64,000 nucleotides of DNA. Source: Bacteriovorax sp. Its GTDB lineage: Bacteria > Bdellovibrionota > Bacteriovoracia > Bacteriovoracales > Bacteriovoracaceae. The notes under the pieces are model-generated. The model was not told the DNA's origin. It did no database searches and saw only the letters and a list, made by a program, of their open reading frames with translations. The position numbers and the translations under genes are program-made. The stretch spans positions 666 through 64,665 of the forward strand of contig JBEIPV010000002.1 of NCBI GenBank assembly GCA_040376855.1, given 5' to 3'. Shown piece by piece: positions 1-9,570 of this stretch (positions within the stretch are counted from its first letter, which is position 1; each line of letters begins with the position of its first letter).

Positions 1-1
1 T

Positions 2-505
2 ACAGGGACTCCGATCATCAAAATTTACGCTAAAGAAGCTTTACTTGACCCATCTCTAACTGGATACAATGGGAACAAGCAATGGCAGTATATCTTAACT
101 AAAAAAGCTGGTCAGAAATCTGACCGTGCTGAAGTTTTAGCTTCTCTTGGAGTAAGCGGATCTGAAGCTGACATGTACTGGGCAGCTAAGAGAAATGGTA
201 ACGAGATGATCGTTGATCCAAAGAGTCCACTTAACCAAATCCTTGAAGTTGGTACTTATGACCTAGACACTGTTCCTACTCCAATTGCTTACACTCCAGG
301 TGAAAAAATGGGGAAAATTAAGGCATCAGTTGGTCGTAAAGGAAACGTTTACGGGATCGATACAAAAGATATGTCGACAGGAACTTACTACGTTGATGCT
401 GGTATCCTAGCTGGATACAGCCACCCGAAAGTAAAGCTTGATACGTCTGGTTTCGAAGACGAAGTGACTCCTCCTTGGATGGATATCTCGAACTTAAACA
501 GATAA
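2..505 (+). CDS. Hypothetical protein, 5'-truncated by window edge
   Basis: The frame of the 173..505 ORF stays open back to base 2 (TGTPIIKIYAKEALL...), so the real start is upstream of the window; followed by a terminator. Confidence 0.75.
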   Translation, partial: TGTPIIKIYAKEALLDPSLTGYNGNKQWQYILTKKAGQKSDRAEVLASLGVSGSEADMYWAAKRNGNEMIVDPKSPLNQILEVGTYDLDTVPTPIAYTPGEKMGKIKASVGRKGNVYGIDTKDMSTGTYYVDAGILAGYSHPKVKLDTSGFEDEVTPPWMDISNLNR

Positions 506-534
506 TCGAAACTTAAAATTCACTAGGCAGTTAT

Positions 535-563
535 AAGGCCCCTTTACGAAGGGGCCTTTTTTT
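535..563 (+). terminator. Rho-independent terminator
   Basis: AAGGCCCCTT-TACG-AAGGGGCCTT hairpin followed by a T run. Confidence 0.85.
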
Positions 564-585
564 ATTAGACTTGAGTCTCAACTAC

Positions 586-601
586 TCGAACGAATGTTCG
601 A
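586..601. promoter_or_regulatory. Palindromic operator TCGAAC-GAAT-GTTCGA (LexA Cheo-box-like)
   Basis: Perfect 6-bp inverted repeat with 4-nt RNRY spacer, 15 nt before the ATG of a DNA exonuclease gene. Confidence 0.45.
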
Positions 602-616
602 TTAAGGACAGACACC

Positions 617-1924
617 ATGACAACGAATTTCACTAAAACGCCCTCGTATGACCTTCTTCATTCTCTTACATTTTGTGTTTTCGACCTTGAAACAACCGGT
701 GGAAATCATCAGCACGATAAGATTATTGAGATTGGCCTGATCAAAATTAAAGAACTAAAGATCGTCGATCAAAAGAGCTTCCTGATTAAGCCTGACATGC
801 ATATCCCTGAATTCATCCAGAAATTAACCAGCATTAAAGACGCTGACGTGACCAATGCGCCCTTAATTGAGGATGTTATCGATGAGATTTTGGAGTTTAT
901 GGGAGACGCCATCCTGGTGGCCCATAATACGTCATTTGACGTGCCTTTCTTTAATTCCGTCCTAAGACGCATGGAGCGCCCAGAACTCACTAATAAGTCC
1001 ATTTGCACGTATCTGATGACCAAATATATGATCCCCAACCTCCTTAGTTCTAACCTGAACTACATGAGTAAGATCTTTGATCTGCAACACCAGAAGGCCC
1101 ATAGGGCGCTGGACGATGCTATGGCCTCGGCAGAACTGCTACTTAAGTATCTTTCGATCTTCATCCATAAGAAGATTTCAAAGGTTAATAGCCTTTATTA
1201 TCCAAAAAATAAGTTTGAGCTCGATCGTATTAACTTCAAAAAAGATGAACCTATTGGGCCTATTATTGAGCAAATTTCGGCCCTGACTTCACCATTTTTA
1301 GTGACCCTAAAAGGTATTGAGGGTGTGGTCTTGTTTTCGATGCCATCGCACGGAACTCCAGTTGAAATGAAGTTTATCGCCGATAAAATCAGAAGCATTC
1401 CTTATGAGATTTTAACCCTAAAACTGACTGGACCTTATTTCCAAGGTCTTTTAGAGATGGCCTCTTACTTCTCAAAAATCAGTGCGACACTAGAGCTTGA
1501 AACGATTCAAAAACTTTGTGAGTTCAATCAGATTGATCCTGCGACAGTCGACCACCACAATGCTGAAGAGATGCCGGCCGATTTTATCGTGCTTAATCAC
1601 TTAATCCCTGAGCAGTATGTGATTTACCCTCTGAAGTCTCTTCACCAGAAACTTGAGCTGGTATTCAGATACCCTACTCATCAGAATAAACTGGTTCAAT
1701 ACATCAACTCTAAGAGCGCCCGCATGGCCCAAGGGAAGATGAAAAAAGACCATTTGAACCCGATGATTAATAATTTCCTGGTTCAATACTTAAAAACCAG
1801 TCGCGACTTCCTGACGATCAATCGTCAGACAGCAAAGATCACAAATGCAGAAATTAAAGATCCTATAGAAAAGTTTATGGCGGAAAATCCTAACGATTAC
1901 GACTTCCCTCACAAATTCCTATAA
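617..1924 (+). CDS. DEDDh 3'-5' exonuclease (DnaQ/PolC-epsilon-like) with C-terminal extension
   Basis: ExoI VFDLETTG, ExoII VAHNTSFDVPF, ExoIII AHRALDDA; about 250 extra C-terminal residues. Confidence 0.9.
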   Translation: MTTNFTKTPSYDLLHSLTFCVFDLETTGGNHQHDKIIEIGLIKIKELKIVDQKSFLIKPDMHIPEFIQKLTSIKDADVTNAPLIEDVIDEILEFMGDAILVAHNTSFDVPFFNSVLRRMERPELTNKSICTYLMTKYMIPNLLSSNLNYMSKIFDLQHQKAHRALDDAMASAELLLKYLSIFIHKKISKVNSLYYPKNKFELDRINFKKDEPIGPIIEQISALTSPFLVTLKGIEGVVLFSMPSHGTPVEMKFIADKIRSIPYEILTLKLTGPYFQGLLEMASYFSKISATLELETIQKLCEFNQIDPATVDHHNAEEMPADFIVLNHLIPEQYVIYPLKSLHQKLELVFRYPTHQNKLVQYINSKSARMAQGKMKKDHLNPMINNFLVQYLKTSRDFLTINRQTAKITNAEIKDPIEKFMAENPNDYDFPHKFL

Positions 1925-1928
1925 CAAA

Positions 1929-3581
1929 TTAAGAACGATAAATAAGACGGATTTCCTGCTTTAAGAAATTGATTTCAAGTTTCTCAAAAATGAGTAAATG
2001 CTGGATCAGTTTTGACTGGGCGATCTTGTCTTCATATTCGAATTCATCGTCTAGTTTTAAAACGATTTGATTAGAAAACTCTAAAACTTCTCCGGATAAG
2101 ACTCCATGCTGCCCCATCGTCACCAGGCGGTGGTGGGCAAAGGCCGTCATCAGTTCACTACAAAGAAGATACAGAATCATCGACATGATGGAAGCATTGA
2201 TCTGATGAGAAAAATTCTCTAATGTCGCCGAGTACTTCATATCAATTCTTAGATTGGATTCAATCATTCTAAAGCGCAGAAGGTTGATCGCCTGATCAAG
2301 TGAAGCCTTGATTGAAACTCTTGAATGGGCCGTTGGAGAGAACTTTGAGAAACCTAAAAAGATTTCCACCAGCTCTTTACATCTCTTGGCGCCACTCTTC
2401 ATGTCTTCCAGATCAGATAAAGCATCCGGTTCCCAGTCATCTTCCAATGATAAAAGTGAAAGGGCCGCTAATATCCCGGCCAGAGGGTTATTGAGTTCGT
2501 GAGCAATTGAGCTGGAGATAATTCCCAGGTCATCGACACTTGAAGATTTTTTAGAAACTTTTTCACCGGACTTTTGAATTTGATCTTTTTCAGAAGTGTA
2601 AAAAACAAAATAAGAAACTTGAATCAGGTTAATCGGAAAATCAATACGTCTGATTTTATAAAAATTTTGAAAGATCTCTGCGCTATCATGATCTTTAAAA
2701 CGCAGGCATTCTTTGGGAAGAATCCCGATTTTAGCAAAAGATTCATTGTAGATTAAAAGGTCTCCCAAGCTCGAGATAATCGACATAGGATAAGGGATTT
2801 TAGAGAAGATCTTTTTCCAAAAATCAATTTCACCATCACTTTTTACCAATTTCTGATCTAGGATTTGCAACGTCCGCAGACAAGTTGTCAGAAGCAAATC
2901 GACAAACTCAGCGTCTTTTTTTACATCAAAATTCTTAAAACGCAGATAAAGATAATAATCATCTAGTGGCAGCTTAAAAATAAGAACGTTTTCATCTACC
3001 GGGTAGTCTTCGTGAGACAATCCGTCAGACTTAAGTAAAACAATATTTTGGATTTCAGAATTTTTCTTTAAAAAATTTTTAAAGTGCACATTCCAGTTTT
3101 CAGCGGACTCTTCCTGTAACAAGAGCATCTCCAACTCTAACAGGGATTCAAAAACTTTCTTGGACTCAATCTCGTTAGCCTTAAAACTTAGCTCTTCAAG
3201 ATAACTTTTAATGACTTCATAAAACCTCTCACTCTCTTTTAAGCGCTCCTGGATTTGCAGATGCTTTTCTGCCCAGAAAAACTTATTGATATAGTGAGCG
3301 ATCTCTTCATATGAGCTAAAATTGATAGACGAAGCGGCCAGGTTATCTCCGCTCTCCAGCGAAGGGAGAACGATCATCTTATTTTTAAAACGGCTGACTT
3401 TTCTTAAGTTTCTTTTTTCCATGAAAAAAAGCGCCGGTGTAAAATCATCCAGGTCAGCACTGTTAACTGAGAATTTAATTTTCTCTTCTTGTAACACTCT
3501 GACGATCAACTCCGACTGATCTTTCGCAATCAGATTGGGATCAACCACAAATTGAATTTTGGTCTTTGCTTTAGACTTCAT
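1929..3581 (-). CDS. Histidine-kinase-like protein (HisKA/DHp with degenerate ATPase domain)
   Basis: H-box SSIAHELNNPL after a PAS-like segment (IPYPMSIISSLGDLLIYNESF); N, G1 and G2 boxes not recognisable. Confidence 0.75.
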   Translation of the reverse strand: MKSKAKTKIQFVVDPNLIAKDQSELIVRVLQEEKIKFSVNSADLDDFTPALFFMEKRNLRKVSRFKNKMIVLPSLESGDNLAASSINFSSYEEIAHYINKFFWAEKHLQIQERLKESERFYEVIKSYLEELSFKANEIESKKVFESLLELEMLLLQEESAENWNVHFKNFLKKNSEIQNIVLLKSDGLSHEDYPVDENVLIFKLPLDDYYLYLRFKNFDVKKDAEFVDLLLTTCLRTLQILDQKLVKSDGEIDFWKKIFSKIPYPMSIISSLGDLLIYNESFAKIGILPKECLRFKDHDSAEIFQNFYKIRRIDFPINLIQVSYFVFYTSEKDQIQKSGEKVSKKSSSVDDLGIISSSIAHELNNPLAGILAALSLLSLEDDWEPDALSDLEDMKSGAKRCKELVEIFLGFSKFSPTAHSRVSIKASLDQAINLLRFRMIESNLRIDMKYSATLENFSHQINASIMSMILYLLCSELMTAFAHHRLVTMGQHGVLSGEVLEFSNQIVLKLDDEFEYEDKIAQSKLIQHLLIFEKLEINFLKQEIRLIYRS

Positions 3582-4863
3582 TGGATTTTACTTTTCTCTT
3601 GCCGTCGTGGAAATGCAGGTTTAATGAAGCAGATTTTGGAAGAGTATCAAAATCCCCAGCAGAACCCACAACCTTGCCGTTATCCGTTTCTAAAAAGCCA
3701 TAACCTCTCTCCAGAACATTCTTAGGATTGAGTGCTTTTAAGACATCGTGAGACTTATCAATCTGATGGCGCCATTCTTTTAGCCTGTCTTTTAAAAGCT
3801 GCTGCATGCGCGCCAGATTTTCATCCAGCTCCAGATAAAACTGGTGAATGTTAGTCAGCTCATGAAGGCGTTTTTGAATATCACAACGAGACAATCGTCT
3901 CTGGAAGCTTGCTAGGTTTTTTAAAATGATATTTAAAATTGAATGAGGATGAGCACGCTTTAAGCGGTTTTCAAATCGACTCATTCTGATGGCCATAACA
4001 TTTTTTAGACGCCCTTTAAGGGTGATCATCTTTTCTTTAATCATCGTTTGAGAATGTGTGATCACTTCGGCCGCAGCGGAAGGAGTCTCCGCTCTCATGT
4101 CTGCGACGAAATCAGAAATCGAAAAATCCACTTCGTGTCCAATGGCACTGATGGTTGGAATCGGACAATTGAAAATATCGTAAGCTAAACCTTCATCGTT
4201 GAAGGCCCATAAATCTTCTAAACTTCCACCACCACGGGCAATAACAATTAAATCGATCTTTTGTTCTGGAGGAGCTTCCAGAGAGTATTTAATGACATTA
4301 TGAAGAGCTGACCTGATGGATCTTGGAGCATCGGCCCCTTGAACAACAGCAGGAATTACCAAGAGGTCCATCCAGATTGATCTGCGTTTATAAATATTGA
4401 TAAAATCCTGAAGAGCGGCCCCTCTTTGAGCTGTAATAATCGCTACTCTTTTAGGCATGGCAGGGATAGGCTTTTTTCTATCGATATCAAACAAACCTTC
4501 AGCGGCGAGTTTTCTTTTTAGTTTTTCAAACTGCTCTTTTAAATCACCTACACCAACCGGAACAATTCTTTTTACGATCACCTGAAATGTTCCGCGTTTT
4601 GGATAAACGCTGATATCTCCAACCACGATAACTTTTGCACCATCTTTAATGGTTTTCATGATCGGGTTTCTTAATGCGTCCATTTTAAAAAGGGCAGCAC
4701 TTAAAGCAGAGTCTTTATCAGATAAAGTAAAATACCAGTGCCCTGCTGAAGAAAGAGACAGGTTGGTAATCTCTCCTTCAATGGAAACATTGGAGTATTC
4801 GGATTCAAGTAAATTTTTGATTTCTCCCACAATTTGGGAGACGTTTTTTACGTCTAAGCTCAT
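3571..4863 (-). CDS. xseA: Exodeoxyribonuclease VII large subunit
   Basis: GEITNL..GHWYFTLSD OB-fold, IARGGGSLEDLWAFNDE, SAIGHEVDFSISDFVAD.RAETPSAAAE, C-terminal LNPKNVLERGY. Confidence 0.97.
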   Translation of the reverse strand: MSLDVKNVSQIVGEIKNLLESEYSNVSIEGEITNLSLSSAGHWYFTLSDKDSALSAALFKMDALRNPIMKTIKDGAKVIVVGDISVYPKRGTFQVIVKRIVPVGVGDLKEQFEKLKRKLAAEGLFDIDRKKPIPAMPKRVAIITAQRGAALQDFINIYKRRSIWMDLLVIPAVVQGADAPRSIRSALHNVIKYSLEAPPEQKIDLIVIARGGGSLEDLWAFNDEGLAYDIFNCPIPTISAIGHEVDFSISDFVADMRAETPSAAAEVITHSQTMIKEKMITLKGRLKNVMAIRMSRFENRLKRAHPHSILNIILKNLASFQRRLSRCDIQKRLHELTNIHQFYLELDENLARMQQLLKDRLKEWRHQIDKSHDVLKALNPKNVLERGYGFLETDNGKVVGSAGDFDTLPKSASLNLHFHDGKRKVKSNEV

Positions 4864-4922
4864 CGAAAGTATTATCTAACTTAGAGTTTATTCTGTCTTG
4901 TACTATTTGGTTTTAAGGAAGA

Positions 4923-4949
4923 CGCAAGGAAGCATAATACTTCCTTGCG
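4923..4949 (-). terminator. Hairpin downstream of the ftsEX-envC-ctpA operon (possible terminator)
   Basis: CGCAAGGAAG-N7-CTTCCTTGCG 10-bp stem; weak U tail. Confidence 0.5.
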
Positions 4950-4950
4950 A

Positions 4951-5304
4951 TTAATTGATAACTTTATCGATTGATTTTCTACAGTTTAGGCTGAGTTGCT
5001 TTCTATTTTTTAGTAAGCATTCAAATAAATTGCCTTCGCTCGTCACGACTTTTGCACAAAACTTTTTAGCGTCTTCTCGGCAGTTTTTATGAGTTGCGCG
5101 GGCATTGTCTTCGGCCCCAAAAATCAGCTTGCGGCACTCGCCTGTCAGCTTATTTTTATTAACTCTCACACAACTGGCCACTTCACCCTGAGAAAGCTGG
5201 TTTGAGCAGAGTTTTTGCACGTCCTCTGCACATACATGAGGTTTTCCAATTTGGGCAAAAGCACTTAGCGATATCAGAGAAAGGATTAAAACTAGTTTCT
5301 TCAT
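4951..5304 (-). CDS. Secreted cysteine-rich repeat protein (GLG1/Cys_rich_FGFR-like, two repeats)
   Basis: Signal peptide then two repeats C.ED..K.C...(x10)C...N...L...CR. Confidence 0.75.
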   Translation of the reverse strand: MKKLVLILSLISLSAFAQIGKPHVCAEDVQKLCSNQLSQGEVASCVRVNKNKLTGECRKLIFGAEDNARATHKNCREDAKKFCAKVVTSEGNLFECLLKNRKQLSLNCRKSIDKVIN

Positions 5305-5312
5305 CAGTAATC

Positions 5313-6746
5313 CTAAAACTTTAATCCTTTAATCAGACCGATATTTTTTAAATAATTAATCGCCTGAGTGACCTGCCAGTCTTCACTTGGAGCAATCTTT
5401 GTCGCTCCATCTTCATCTTCTTCAGCAACGGCCGGTTTTTCCTTTACAGGATTTTTTCCGGCAATTTTTTTCTTTTCTCTCAGCGCTCTGAATCTTTCTG
5501 TGCGCTCAATGCGCTCTTTTAGTTCAGACTCTTCACGACTCTTTTTTTCTTCAGCTGTTTCAATCGTTGCTGTTAAATGGTTCTTTAAATCTTTTTCTCT
5601 GATGAAGCTCGACTCTTTTTTATTGTTGTCGTACCACTCACCTTCAGCTTCTCCGATTGTCACATCAGGAATAATCCCTACGGCCTGGATTTTTCTATTA
5701 GCTGGAGTCATGTACTGAGCGATTGTTAACTTCACACCTGAGGCATCATCAATTTTTGCTACTGACTGAACTGAACCTTTACCAAAAGACTGAGTCCCCA
5801 TGATAATAGCGCGTTTTGAATCCTGAAGAGCACCGGCCACGATCTCAGATGCCGAAGCAGATGAACCGTTGATTAGTACGACTAGAGGAACATCTAACTC
5901 TTTATATCCAGTTTTTTTCACATAACGTATTTCTTTATTTTTTGGATCGCGACCTTCAGTTGAAACGACGATTCCTTCTTTTAAGAAGATCGATGAAACA
6001 TCTACAGCTTCATCCAGTAATCCCCCCGGGTTAGATCTTAAATCAAGGATCACACCTTTTAGACCCGTTTTCTTAGAAGACTCTCTCATTTTTTTTAGCG
6101 CATCAACGATGTATTCAGCAGATTTTTTCTGGAACTGAGTTAAACGAACGTAAGCAAAACCATCTTTTAGTAGTTCATACTTTACCGGTTTTAAATAAAC
6201 GATTTCACGGGTTAGTTCGAAGTTTTTGATTCCATCAACACCTTCTCTTACGATCCCCAGAATGATCTTTGATTTCATTTTTCCACGAAGCTTATCAATC
6301 GCCTGTTGAAGAGTTGATCCCACCATTGATTCGTGGTTGATCTCAACAACTTTATCTCCAGCTTTGATCCCTGCTTTAAAGGCCGGTGAATCTTCAATTG
6401 GAGTTACGATAACGAGAACACCATCTTTTTGAGTGACTTCAATTCCAAGTCCTCCAAACTCTCCCGATGTTTCTTCCTGCATTTTTGAAAAGACTTCGCT
6501 ATCAAGGTAAGCTGAGTGTGGGTCTAGCGTGTTCATCATTCCGTTAATTGCGCCTTCGATAAGTTTATCGGTGCTCACTTCACGGTAGTATTGAGACTCA
6601 ATAAGATAGAGAACCTTATTGAACAATTCTAGTTTTTCATAACGTGATTTTTTTAGGGCCTCATCTGTTTGTTGTGGAGCGGCCGCAATAGAAACAGCTG
6701 CAACAGATAACGAACCAAGCAAGAGTCCAACGAGTACTCTCTTCAT
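5313..6746 (-). CDS. ctpA: Carboxyl-terminal processing protease, peptidase S41 with PDZ
   Basis: LDPHSAY, GEFGGLGIEV PDZ, LDLRSNPGGLL, SASASEIVAGALQD, GKGSVQ. Confidence 0.95.
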   Translation of the reverse strand: MKRVLVGLLLGSLSVAAVSIAAAPQQTDEALKKSRYEKLELFNKVLYLIESQYYREVSTDKLIEGAINGMMNTLDPHSAYLDSEVFSKMQEETSGEFGGLGIEVTQKDGVLVIVTPIEDSPAFKAGIKAGDKVVEINHESMVGSTLQQAIDKLRGKMKSKIILGIVREGVDGIKNFELTREIVYLKPVKYELLKDGFAYVRLTQFQKKSAEYIVDALKKMRESSKKTGLKGVILDLRSNPGGLLDEAVDVSSIFLKEGIVVSTEGRDPKNKEIRYVKKTGYKELDVPLVVLINGSSASASEIVAGALQDSKRAIIMGTQSFGKGSVQSVAKIDDASGVKLTIAQYMTPANRKIQAVGIIPDVTIGEAEGEWYDNNKKESSFIREKDLKNHLTATIETAEEKKSREESELKERIERTERFRALREKKKIAGKNPVKEKPAVAEEDEDGATKIAPSEDWQVTQAINYLKNIGLIKGLKF

Positions 6747-6773
6747 ATTCTACTCCTTCCTTAGGATAGATGC

Positions 6774-7916
6774 TTAATTAGACGAGGTCGCCTTCGACTT
6801 CTGGTCCAGTAGCAAATATGTATTTTGGGCTAAATTATTTTTTCTAACTTCAAAATAGATTCTTCCTTCACCCAGACCATTGTTTGATCTTGGATTAGTG
6901 TGACCCACCACCTGGTACTGCTTAACTGCATCGCCGTTTTTTACAGCGTAATCAAACTGCCCCAGTAGAACCGTTCTCGTATCATTCCCGTGATCAATCA
7001 TTAACACGTTTCCGTAGTTAGCAAGAGCTCCGGTATAAACAACTTTTCCGCCTTTCGGAGCGCGGATTTCATTTTTTCCATGGAAATTATAGGTAACACC
7101 TTTTTTCTGGTATTCCATATTCTGATAGCTGGCAATCGGGCCTCTGAACTGATCAGAAGAAGCGGCAGTAGCTGGTTGTGAAGGAATTTTAATTTCTTCA
7201 GTGATCTGCATCGGTGCGACCTGCTCACGGATCTTTTCTCGTTGAACAGATTTCTGATTCATCGCCAGTTTATTTTTTTCTTCATCAAGACGAAGTCTTA
7301 CGTCTTCTGTACTTTTAGTTTTTGAAGCAAGTGTCTCTCTTAGCTCTCTTTTTCTTTCTTCCAGCTCACCCATGACCGTCAGAAGTTCTTTTTCTGTGTC
7401 CATTGATTCCTGAAGTTTTGCATAAAGAGAATCGACATTGCCTTGAAGATCTTTGTTAGTTTTCATCATGCCGTCTAAGTCAACCAATCGCTTTTGAAGA
7501 CGCTCGATCATAATTTTGCGGGCCAGAATGTCTGATGATTGTTCGGTATTTTCCAGCTTATTTAAAAGCACACCCATAAGAAGTGTTTTGGTTTGCGAGT
7601 AACTCTTTTTTAAAGTCTCGCTGTCAAAGTCAGCATTTCTTCTGGCAGAGGCCAGGCTTTCTTCGATTTTTGCTCTCTCCTCAGCTAACTGAAGATACTT
7701 CTTATTATTCATTCCTAACGTGACTTCTACGTTATTTACTTCTTTAGTCAGTTTGAGAATCTCTTTATTTTGATCCTGAAGCTTACGCTTCATCTGAAAA
7801 ACATTGATCTTATCATCGCTTTCAGTGCGTGCTGTCGGAACCTCAACAGCAGATTGAGCAGACACGGCACTCGCAAGAATGAATAAAGGAAGAATAAACA
7901 TTCTCTTGAAAGTCAT
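6774..7916 (-). CDS. envC: Murein hydrolase activator EnvC (coiled coil plus degenerate M23)
   Basis: Signal peptide, long coiled coil, C-terminal GKVVYTG..ANYGNVLMIDHG...IYFEVRK; downstream of ftsEX. Confidence 0.85.
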   Translation of the reverse strand: MTFKRMFILPLFILASAVSAQSAVEVPTARTESDDKINVFQMKRKLQDQNKEILKLTKEVNNVEVTLGMNNKKYLQLAEERAKIEESLASARRNADFDSETLKKSYSQTKTLLMGVLLNKLENTEQSSDILARKIMIERLQKRLVDLDGMMKTNKDLQGNVDSLYAKLQESMDTEKELLTVMGELEERKRELRETLASKTKSTEDVRLRLDEEKNKLAMNQKSVQREKIREQVAPMQITEEIKIPSQPATAASSDQFRGPIASYQNMEYQKKGVTYNFHGKNEIRAPKGGKVVYTGALANYGNVLMIDHGNDTRTVLLGQFDYAVKNGDAVKQYQVVGHTNPRSNNGLGEGRIYFEVRKNNLAQNTYLLLDQKSKATSSN

Positions 7917-7918
7917 GA

Positions 7919-8713
7919 TTAGTGGCTCTCCCAATAGTAGCTTTTTGCGTGTAGAAAAATTCCAACCACAAAAATCCCCAGGGCAACTAATAGATTTATA
8001 AATTGCGGCATCCCTAATACGAATGTCACGGCAACTGATAGAATAAAAATTAACGTCAGACCATTTAAGGCCATCTTTAATCCCACTTTTCTTTTTCTTT
8101 GGTAGTTTTCCAGGAGGTATGAAGCTTCAGCAATCTTCACTCTTACTGAAAGAAGTGAGATGACCCAGAAAATAAAAACAATGAATAAATAAAGCGAATA
8201 TCCCCATGTTTTGATCACGTTGATAAACTGCGCGCGTTTATCTGAGATCTGATCACTGGTTTTAATATTCCCAAGTGTGATATTCCCCTCACCTACTAAG
8301 TGAGTAAGATAATCGCGAACCAGCTCCTGAGCACGAGGCTTTAATTCTTTTGCGTAAATAATTTTTAGTCCCGCATAGTTTAAGTCCAGACTTGAATCTG
8401 TCATATCAACTTGCAATGAACCCAAAACGTTTTTTACTTCTTCTTTAATTTGAGTTTCAGAAAGAATCTCTACTTTGTAGACACCAGGCAGCTGACTCAT
8501 TTGTCTGGCCACAGTCTGGTAGGACTCATTCGTTGAAATAAGCGCGTAGAAATAATCCCCTGCTTTATTCTCAGGAATCATTTTGGTGAACTGCTCTTCT
8601 AAGTAATTTTTCTGTCCAATCGAAAACACTAAAGCAATCGAGAAGAAAAATAAAAAGAAGCCGCGAACCGGTGACTTAAATAGGATCTTGAAAAATTGTA
8701 CTAGATAAAACAT
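7919..8713 (-). CDS. ftsX: Divergent FtsX-like permease
   Basis: One N-terminal TM, periplasmic loop (LPGVYKVEILS), three C-terminal TMs; lies between ftsE and envC. Confidence 0.7.
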   Translation of the reverse strand: MFYLVQFFKILFKSPVRGFFLFFFSIALVFSIGQKNYLEEQFTKMIPENKAGDYFYALISTNESYQTVARQMSQLPGVYKVEILSETQIKEEVKNVLGSLQVDMTDSSLDLNYAGLKIIYAKELKPRAQELVRDYLTHLVGEGNITLGNIKTSDQISDKRAQFINVIKTWGYSLYLFIVFIFWVISLLSVRVKIAEASYLLENYQRKRKVGLKMALNGLTLIFILSVAVTFVLGMPQFINLLVALGIFVVGIFLHAKSYYWESH

Positions 8714-9441
8714 GCATTCCCCGAATACACTAAGCGTCCGTTGTCTAAGTGGATGATTCGTCCTGTGAAACTCTTAATAAGATCCTTATTGTGAGTCGCC
8801 CAGACAACCGTCAATCCTCTCTTTACGTTGTAAAGATTTAGTACGTCGAATAGTCTTCTTGTATTATCGATATCCAGTGAGCTGGTTGGCTCATCTGCAA
8901 TTAAAACGTCGGGTCTGGTAAGCAGCGCTCTGATGATGGCAACCTTTTGTTTAAGGCCTCCGTTAGCATCGTTGATCTTCAGATGAAGACGGTCTTTGAT
9001 TCCCAGGATGCGAGCAAGCTCGTTCATATCCTGATTGAATTCTGCTTTTGAAGCATAGATTGAAGAGTCGTAAGCAAATTGTAAATTCTCTTCACAAGTG
9101 TATTTGCCCATAAGGCGAAGGTCTTGAAAAACATTTGAGATAAAAAGATTTCTTTTTCCTGAGAAAAAATCAGGTCTGATCACTTTTCCTGAAGTTGGTT
9201 CCTGCAATCCTGAAAGCACTTTTAGAAGTGTTGTCTTCCCTGCTCCTGAAGCACCCGTAAGAAAAATAATTTCACCACGCTCAATTGTTAATTGAACATT
9301 TTTAAGTGCAAGAATTTCATCGAATTGAACCGAGACGTCTTCACAATAAAATATTGGGCCCTTCTGGCCTTGTGGAGCTTTCATATTTTTCAGGTTCTGG
9401 TTTTTAGATTGATTAAGCATATCGACCATACTCCAAGTCAT
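8701..9441 (-). CDS. ftsE: Cell-division ABC ATPase FtsE
   Basis: Walker A GASGAGKTT, Q-loop VFQD, Walker B LIADEPT, H-loop ATHN; operon context. Confidence 0.85.
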   Translation of the reverse strand: MTWSMVDMLNQSKNQNLKNMKAPQGQKGPIFYCEDVSVQFDEILALKNVQLTIERGEIIFLTGASGAGKTTLLKVLSGLQEPTSGKVIRPDFFSGKRNLFISNVFQDLRLMGKYTCEENLQFAYDSSIYASKAEFNQDMNELARILGIKDRLHLKINDANGGLKQKVAIIRALLTRPDVLIADEPTSSLDIDNTRRLFDVLNLYNVKRGLTVVWATHNKDLIKSFTGRIIHLDNGRLVYSGNACFI

Positions 9442-9570
9442 ACCTAAGAATCGTCCTGATTCCTAGTGAAAACCCATACTAGGTTTCCAGCTTCAATTTT
9501 ATCTTATATTTAGATTTTTAGATAGAAAATTGCATAGTGGGCCATTTTGATCGGATATTATTTATACGAC

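Noticed and set aside
6774-7916. Missing HxxxD/HxH zinc ligands in the M23 domain
   Set aside because: Degeneracy is the normal state of EnvC, so it is not counted as a novel pseudoenzyme.
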